Assembly: GCA_951406725.2 (NCBI GenBank)
Contig: OX597818.1
Span: forward strand, 82,770,001 to 82,834,000
Source of the DNA: Octopus vulgaris
Lineage: Eukaryota
Length of the DNA stretch: 64,000 nucleotides
Direction: 5' to 3'
Shown: in pieces, positions 56,689-64,000 of the stretch
Position numbering within the stretch: position 1 is the first letter of the stretch
Layout of the letters: the number at the start of each line of letters is the position of its first letter
Notes under the pieces: model-generated
The model's database searches: none
What the model saw: the letters and a program-made list of their open reading frames with translations, nothing else
What the model was told of the DNA's origin: nothing
Position numbers and translations under genes: made by a program

Positions 56689-58589
56689 CATACATATATA
56701 CATACATACGTGCATGTGTAGACACACACACATGAACGTATGTATCTATGCATATACCAACTTATATTCATTTTGTATGTATGCATACCTATAAGTGCGA
56801 ACATTTGTACTTAGAGAAACAACAGAAAAACAGAGTTTTTATATTTATTTATAGATAGATATAAATTGGAAATAGAAATTGTTAGTTAAGATGATAATTA
56901 TTATGATAGTTGAAAAGTTCTCGCTGAAACTTTTTGTGCATAATTGTTAGTCGTAGTTATGATACTACTACCTCTGTTGTTCGTCAGTCCTTGGTCTGTT
57001 CTGATATCGCAGACTTACGTTGAAAAGCATTCGAGCAGCGTGTATTATAGATTGTACCGTCATGCAGACATTGCTCCGGGCAATTTGATCACAACCCTTT
57101 TTTGATTAAATATGGTAGGTATGGTAATACACTAATATGATTGTTATTTCTATCAGATCGATGTGTTTGGCCGTGGCTCCACTAATGTCTCGAATTGCCG
57201 TTCTTTTTGTTGTTGCTATTATTATTATTTTCGTTTATATTTAGTGATAGACGATCCAAGTTTGTAGAGAACGTTGATCAAACGTATTCTAGATGTGAAC
57301 ATTTCGCCTTGTGTATCTAATATAGCATTATCCAACGAGTTCCGGCAGCGATTTTTCGTCTCCTCCGATATATACTATATTTTTAACTCGGTACATATAT
57401 AAAGATTTTATGTCGGACGAAATCTGCTGTATCTCGCCTACCAACGATGTATATACGTTAAGAATGATAAACAAATAGTAATTTTAATATAATGCTGTAT
57501 CAGTTGCTTTCTCCGAAATTCTATTTGGCCTGGAGGCTCTTCGAAATATCATTGAATGTATTATTTGCTACACACGTGTATTATTTAATGTATCAGCAGT
57601 GATAAATCTCGTTTTGGCATGTGGCTGCGAGTAGGCGACATTGAAAAAGGCCCGGAGGATTGAAAAGCATCTGGTATTCTCGTAAGCTGCTACCCTGGCG
57701 ATTTTTTGTCTCCTTCAAAATGTATTCTGTTTTTAATAATGTATATATATTTATATATATATGTTAGATATTTCATCTCAGACCAGTACTAACATCTGGC
57801 CTGTTAGCGATGTATATACGTTGAGAATGATATTTAGATGGTTATCTTACAAATACACACGCGCGCACACACTCACATAGTCGGCTTATATCCACAGAAT
57901 TTAAAACTTGTTATCAGTTCGTCTACACATTTCGTCATAAACAATGAACGAAAGATAAGTCTTTAAGTCGCATTTGAGCACTGAATCAGAGGAGTGTAAA
58001 TCATATATAAAATTATATATTAAAATGTATTAATATATGCAAATTATTTATTAAAATGTGATACAAAATATCAAGAGCTGAATTGTATAGCAGCTGCCGC
58101 ACAATCGGTATTGCAAGCTTCATAGTTCGCTGAGAATGGTTCTTCACCAAAACCAAATTGCCACAAGAAATTCTATGAAAATATCCTTTAAATACAATAT
58201 TACAAGCAAGTATGAATATTTTAACCGTTTCTATCAATGAAATGAATAAATATAATTATACTATTTCATCATGATATAAAGTGCAGTCATTTCTATATTA
58301 TAATTCACACATAGGCACACACAACCACAAACGCGTGCGCGCTCGCACACACAGACAAACATTAATTCTTCTTTAACGAGAATAGTGTTCATTGAGTCTC
58401 GATGTTTCGGCCTGCGTAGTTTCCACCAGATTGTCCCGAGGAGGTTAAAAAGGTAAAGACTTCGAAGTCACTGTTGACGCTATTATAGTTAAAGAATAAT
58501 ATATATGCACTCTCCAAAAAGTATTATTACAACTTGACATATAACCTCGCCTCATATATATATATATATATATATGTATGCATGCATGC

Positions 58590-58634
<45 letters not shown>

Positions 58635-58710
58635 CACACACACACACACACATATATATATAAATATATGTGCGTGTGTGTGTATATATATGTATATACC
58701 TGTGCATAAT

Positions 58711-58870
58711 CGCAGGCGTAGTTGTGTGATAAGAAGCTTATTTCTAACTTCGTTGTTATGGTTTCGGTACCACTGCGTGGCACCTGGGTCAAGTGTCTTC
58801 AACTTCAGCGTCATCTCTGTGAGTGGATTTTATAGTCGGAAGCTGAAAGAAACCTCTCGTATATATATTC

Positions 58871-58911
<41 letters not shown>

Positions 58912-59201
58912 TGTGTGTGTGTACATACATAGATAGATGCATATATATATATGTATATATATATATACACATATATATATTGTGTGTGTGTCTTTATGTT
59001 TGCTCCCCACCACCATTTGGCAACCGGCGTTGATGTGTATATGACCCTGTAACCCAGGGGTTCTCTAAAGTGACCGGCAGAATAAGTACCAGGCTGAAAA
59101 AAATAATTCAACCCCGGTGTCGATTCGTTCGACTAGAATTCTGCAAGGTGATGTCCCAGCATGGCCTCAGTCCAACGATTGCAAGAAGTAAAAGATAAAA
59201 G
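58711..59201 (+). mobile_element. Diverged SINE family A
   Basis: Head, internal TA tract and tail (gaataagtaccaggct...cagcatggcc) are recognisable. Confidence 0.75.
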
Positions 59202-59234
59202 CTATAATAAGGTACTTAGTGTATCAATAATTTC

Positions 59235-59830
59235 TTGGCACTCCTGACACATCGTCTTGCATTCGTCTCTATCAGCCATGGCATTTTTGTTTGAAAGCTC
59301 CAGGATAGTACATCCAGTGTCCTCTAGCAATTGGTTGATATAGTATTTCGATGGTCTTAAACTTCTCCGTTTACCGTGAGAAGGCTCCCACAGTAGAACT
59401 TCAGCTAAAACCTCGTTCTGTTACTGCAGCAGTGTCCAAAATTATCAGATCGAGTTTGAATATTGTCTCTATGATTTACACAATGTTTTGGCATAGTTCT
59501 TTGATAATTATGTAATTAGTTATTTAGAACACCTCGGTCCATTCTACTACACGTGCTATTCAGAATTGTTTTCATGGAAGCTGCAAGTTTGTGTTATTGA
59601 GCCATGAAATATAGTTGACTCAGCTCAGCTCTGACGAAGTCTGTGTTAGTTCTTCGTAGATCACATTTCGGTGTTTTATTCAGATAGTTAAACCTTCCCC
59701 ACATTTTACAAATCCTGATTTTCTTATCTGTCCTAGATTTCACAAGGCATTGCCGATTCGGCAAAATACAAAATTTGAAATGTATAACACTAGGCCTTAA
59801 TCCCGAGATTCTGCTAGCATCTTCCAACTA
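59235..59830 (-). mobile_element. RTE-clade LINE 3' fragment, decayed
   Basis: Minus-strand peptides DKKIRICKMWGRFNYLNK..., GHC and EVLLWEPSHGKRRSLRPSKYYINQLLEDTG...AMADRD resemble the RTE ORF C-terminus (LLW.P.HGKR.RGRP..TYIDQL..DTG...AM.DR). Confidence 0.7.
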
Positions 59831-60011
59831 TCGACTGTAATAATTATAATAATTATAATAAAACGATCGTATTAATTATAAACATCATGATGATGATAGT
59901 GGATGTTGGGGTGGGGATGATACTGATGATAGCGGTGGTGGTGGTGAATACGTTGAGGGAGAGGGGAGGAAGTTTTGGTGATAATGATGTTGTTGATGAC
60001 AATGATGTTGT

Positions 60012-60058
<47 letters not shown>

Positions 60059-61282
60059 TTCATGATGGTAATGATGTAAAATTAACGGAAGATGAGGAAG
60101 TATAGGAATATGGAACAACATACACACATACACATAAACACACATACACATACTTGCGCACAGAAACATACGCACACGCAACAGGAAATTTCATTTCAAT
60201 TCTAAATTAATAAATTTGGAAATACAAAAGCAAAAAAGAACAAAAACAAAAACAAGAAAGAAAGTTAAATTCAATAGATTGTATGGAAACAAATCATAAA
60301 AGATGAACTACAATGGAAAAATAAAATAAAGTAAAAACAAAAAAAACATCAACAAAGAAATAACATAAGACGGATAGGGAATATTCCTCACCCTCCATCG
60401 AACCAAATAAAATAAAATAAAATAAATTTAACTGAAGAGTGATTAAAATAATATCATGCATATTCATGAGAAAAATCACAACGCAAACGCTTGTAAAAGA
60501 AATGTTTCGGTATTTTTTCATGTAGTGTGTTTCATATTGGTATTTAAGTTGTTTTTTTAGTGTTATGTATGTTTTTTGTACATTCTAGTTGTCATTGTAG
60601 TCGCTGTTGTTTCTGCTTATTTGTGTTGTTATTGTTGTAATCTGCGTTGATGGTTTTTCTGATGAAAAAAGTTAAAAAAATAAAAATAAAAAATGAAAAA
60701 TAAGAAACAAAAATACTTTTTTTTAAACAAAGGAATTTTTTTTATTTCTTTTGGTAAAATTGGCTTTTGCGAAAAAAAAAAAAGAAAAGAAAAAGAAGAA
60801 AAGAAACAACTAACAAACAAAATTAAATGTGATACTAAAGCCGCCATTGTTCTACATTTCTAACATGACCAAAAAAGGTCCAAAACGTAGACACGAATTC
60901 AGAAATCCAAGTCAACGGAACAATATCGTTCTGCAGTATTACCTTTGAAGATTGTAGTTGGCCATTCTTTGAGTCGTGTTTGTGTGAATGGTGTCTTCAC
61001 ACAGATCAACAGACTGCATACATACAAATATACATACATACATACATACATACATGCATACATACATACATACATACATACATGCATACATACATACATA
61101 CATTCATACATACAAACATATATACATACATACATTCATACATACAAACATATATACATACATACAAACATACATACATGCATAAATACAAACATACATT
61201 CATACACACACACACACATACACACACACATATATATATATATATATGATTATATGCATGTAACTATAATGATGCTAATATA

Positions 61283-62050
61283 TACTCTTTTACTCTTTTA
61301 CTCTTTTACTTGTTTCAGTCATTTGACTGCGGCCATGCTGGAGCACCGCCTTTAGTCGAGCAACTCGACCCCGGGACTTATTCTTTGTAAGCCCAGTACT
61401 TATTCTATCGGTCTTTTTTGCCGAACCGCTAAGTGACGGGGACATAAACACACCAGCATCGGTTGTCAAGCAATGCTAGGGGGACAAACACAGACACACA
61501 AACACACACGCACACACACATATATATGCATATATATGACGGGCTTCTTTCAGTTTCCGTCTACCAAATGCACTCACAAGGCTTTGGTCGGCTCGAGGCT
61601 ATAGTAGAAGACACTTGCCCAAGGTGATATATATTTTTCTTCTTACTTGCTTGTTTCAGTGATGTAAATTCGGCCACGCTGAAGCATTGCCTTTAGTCGA
61701 ACAAATCAACCCAGGACATATTTTTTGTAAGCCTGGTACTTATTCTATCAGGCTTTTTTGCCGAACCGCTAAGTTACAGGGTCGTAAACACACCAACATC
61801 AGTTGTGAAGCGATGGTGGGATGACAAACACGGACAGACACACAGAGCATCACACACACACACAAACACACACACACACACTCACACACACACACACACA
61901 CACACAAATACACATATACAACGGACTTCTTTCAGTTTCTGTCTACCAAATCCAATCTCAAGGATTTGGTCGGCCCGAGGCTATAGTAGAAGACACTTGC
62001 CCAAGGTGCCTCGCATTGGGACTGAACCCGGAACCATGTGGTTGGGAAGC
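61283..62050 (-). mobile_element. Two tandem SINE family A copies (61283-61626, 5'-truncated; 61643-62050)
   Basis: Reverse-complement match to the family. (TACTCTTT)n tail at 61283. Confidence 0.9.
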
Positions 62051-62610
62051 CTATATATCGTAAAATAACGAATACACTCAATTTAAAACCAAACAGGAAA
62101 AATTCAATTGTCACTAATTGTGACAGAGAGTTACGGGTAGCAACTATATTGCTAGAAATAAGAGTTAAGTCCCTTCGAAGGATTCTAAAAATCCTGACAA
62201 TATTTATGACCATACCCAACTATAAAACTGTCAACTCACTCCTGCTCTCAATTCTAAACAGACACTATCCTCTAGCTTTAGATTTAGTGGTTGATAAAAA
62301 AAAAGACTAGCAAATTAAAAACGCACCACAATCCTATTACAAGCTATGACCCTAACAAGCTTCTTACAGTTCTTATAAGTGTAATATATTCTTAGCTACA
62401 TTAGTAGCAACATGGTCACATTCCCTCTTCTTGCCCTATTAGAGAATTTGAGTAAAATTATATTAGAGTGTCCATCTGATTAGAAATTCTCTTTATTTAT
62501 GCAGCAAAAGATAGCCCTGCATTTAAATTGATGTAATGATTACATTGTTCAATTAAATGGAGTCGCTTGAATTGGTCGTATCACCTCTTGATATCCTGTT
62601 CCTTATTTAG

Positions 62611-62696
<86 letters not shown>

Positions 62697-62697
<1 letters not shown>

Positions 62698-62882
62698 GGG
62701 AGAATTCACAAAACGCAATAGACGAAGACAAGTGGTGCAGACAACAAACAGATGTATTAGTATAACGCTCGGGAAGTGAAAAGTCTTTAACGTTTCGAGC
62801 CTACGCTCTTCCACAGAAAGGAACACTGAAAGAAACAAGGAGAGAAAATAAAGAATGTGTAATGGCTAGCGATCTATTATGG
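62697..62882 (-). mobile_element. Short HHR-bearing element, family H2
   Basis: Similar to 2404-2603. HHR-like fold at 62785-62820 (cttt-CTGTGGA-A-GAGC-gtag-GCTC-GAAA-cg-TT-aaag). 3' end abuts (TA)n. Confidence 0.75.
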
Positions 62883-62934
62883 GGAATGATATATATACAT
62901 ATACGTATTGTTTTACTAAAGAAAAGGTATACCT

Positions 62935-63673
62935 TTCTCTCTTTTATCTCTTACTTGTTTCAGTCATTAGGCTGCGCCAACACGGGGCCACCTCTATGAA
63001 GAATTTTAGTCAGATGAATTGACTTAAGTTCTTATTTTTATCTTAAGCCTCGTTCTCATTCTGTTAGGCTGCTTTTGTTGAACCGCTAAGTTATGAAGAC
63101 GTAAACACTGCAACGCCGGTGGTAAAGCAGTGGAAAAGGGGTCCAACACTGATACAAAGACACACATACACACTTACACACAAGCATTTATATAGGTCCC
63201 TTTTACAGCCATACACATATGCTCACACAAAGTTGAAGCGCTGTTTGATTTTTTTTTCACCGTACAATTTCCATCATGCGCTCGGATTCATAAGGAGGCG
63301 TACAAATGACTGAGATTGCTTATCCTCTTACTAAAGTGTACACTGGTCTATAGGAAGGATACTTGCATGTGTAACTGAAATCAATATAGCCATAGAGATC
63401 ACCGTTGATAAGAAAATTATCTAAGTTATAAAGACGCAGACACTGCAACGCCGGTTGTAAAGCGGTGGGGATTGGGGACAAACACAGATACAAAGACACA
63501 CATACACACGCGGCGTGCTTCTTTCAGTTTCTGTCTACCAAATCTACTCACAAGGCTTTGGTCTGTTCGAGGCTATAGTAGAAAACACACGCCCAAAGTG
63601 TAACACAATGAGACTGAACCCGGAAGCATGTGGTTGGGAAGCAAACTTGAAGCTACTCAACCGCGCCTGCGCC
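62935..63673 (-). mobile_element. SINE family A pieces with partial duplication
   Basis: ctaagttat...aagacg...acactgcaacgccggt appears at ~63086 and ~63421. The head ends at ~63673. Confidence 0.75.
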
Positions 63674-63694
63674 TATATATAACTAAACTTATAT

Positions 63695-63862
63695 AGTTCT
63701 GTATTTTAGAGATGAGGAATTATGTACATTATTTACATTATTTACATTATTTATATTCGACGGATATTTGTCCTCATCTTGTTGGAAGGTATATCAGCCG
63801 AAACGCTGTGTTAACAACAAACAAGATGAGGACAAATATCCGTCGAATGTAAATAATGTAAA
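63695..63862. mobile_element. Internally deleted fold-back copy of element H1
   Basis: Starts like 27093 (ttctgtatt..agagatgaggaattatg). ttcgacggatatttgtcctcatcttgtt pairs with aacaagatgaggacaaatatccgtcgaa. Retains CAGCC-GAAACG. Confidence 0.8.
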
Positions 63863-64000
63863 CTTGTATAGTTATGAAATAAAATGGAAAGCGCTGTGTG
63901 GACAGGTTTGTTAAGAGCCGTGGAATGAGACTTGGGAGCGTTGCTGGTTGGACGCCAATGATGTATGTGATACGGCTGACTGGACATTCAGCATGTTTTT

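Noticed and set aside
56950-57850. Possible additional decayed LINE fragment
   Set aside because: Only vague peptide resemblance, with no motif I can support without a profile search.

Overview
AT-rich eukaryotic non-coding DNA (intergenic or large intron). I could not support any intact host protein-coding gene. Nearly all ORFs in the supplied track are translations of (TA)n, (CA)n, (TAGA)n, (TACA)n and trinucleotide microsatellites. The microsatellite load and the tRNA-derived SINE families resemble an octopus/cephalopod genome (my inference, not proven). Supported content: many copies of three or more tRNA-headed SINE families, two decayed mariner transposases, a Penelope-like (PLE) GIY-YIG endonuclease fragment, an RTE LINE 3' fragment, a probable solo LTR, MITE-like elements and a 5S rRNA pseudogene. 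The main hidden signal is a set of short, unrelated elements, often next to (TA)n, that each carry a minimal type I hammerhead ribozyme (HHR) fold with a palindromic stem III. One copy looks fully intact (53990-54055). Three multi-copy families have unusual cores: CUGUNGA (A6U), GUGAACA (compensatory C3G/G8C swap), and an inverted HHR pair enclosing a tRNA-like Pol III head. All folds were paired by eye; repeat boundaries are approximate.
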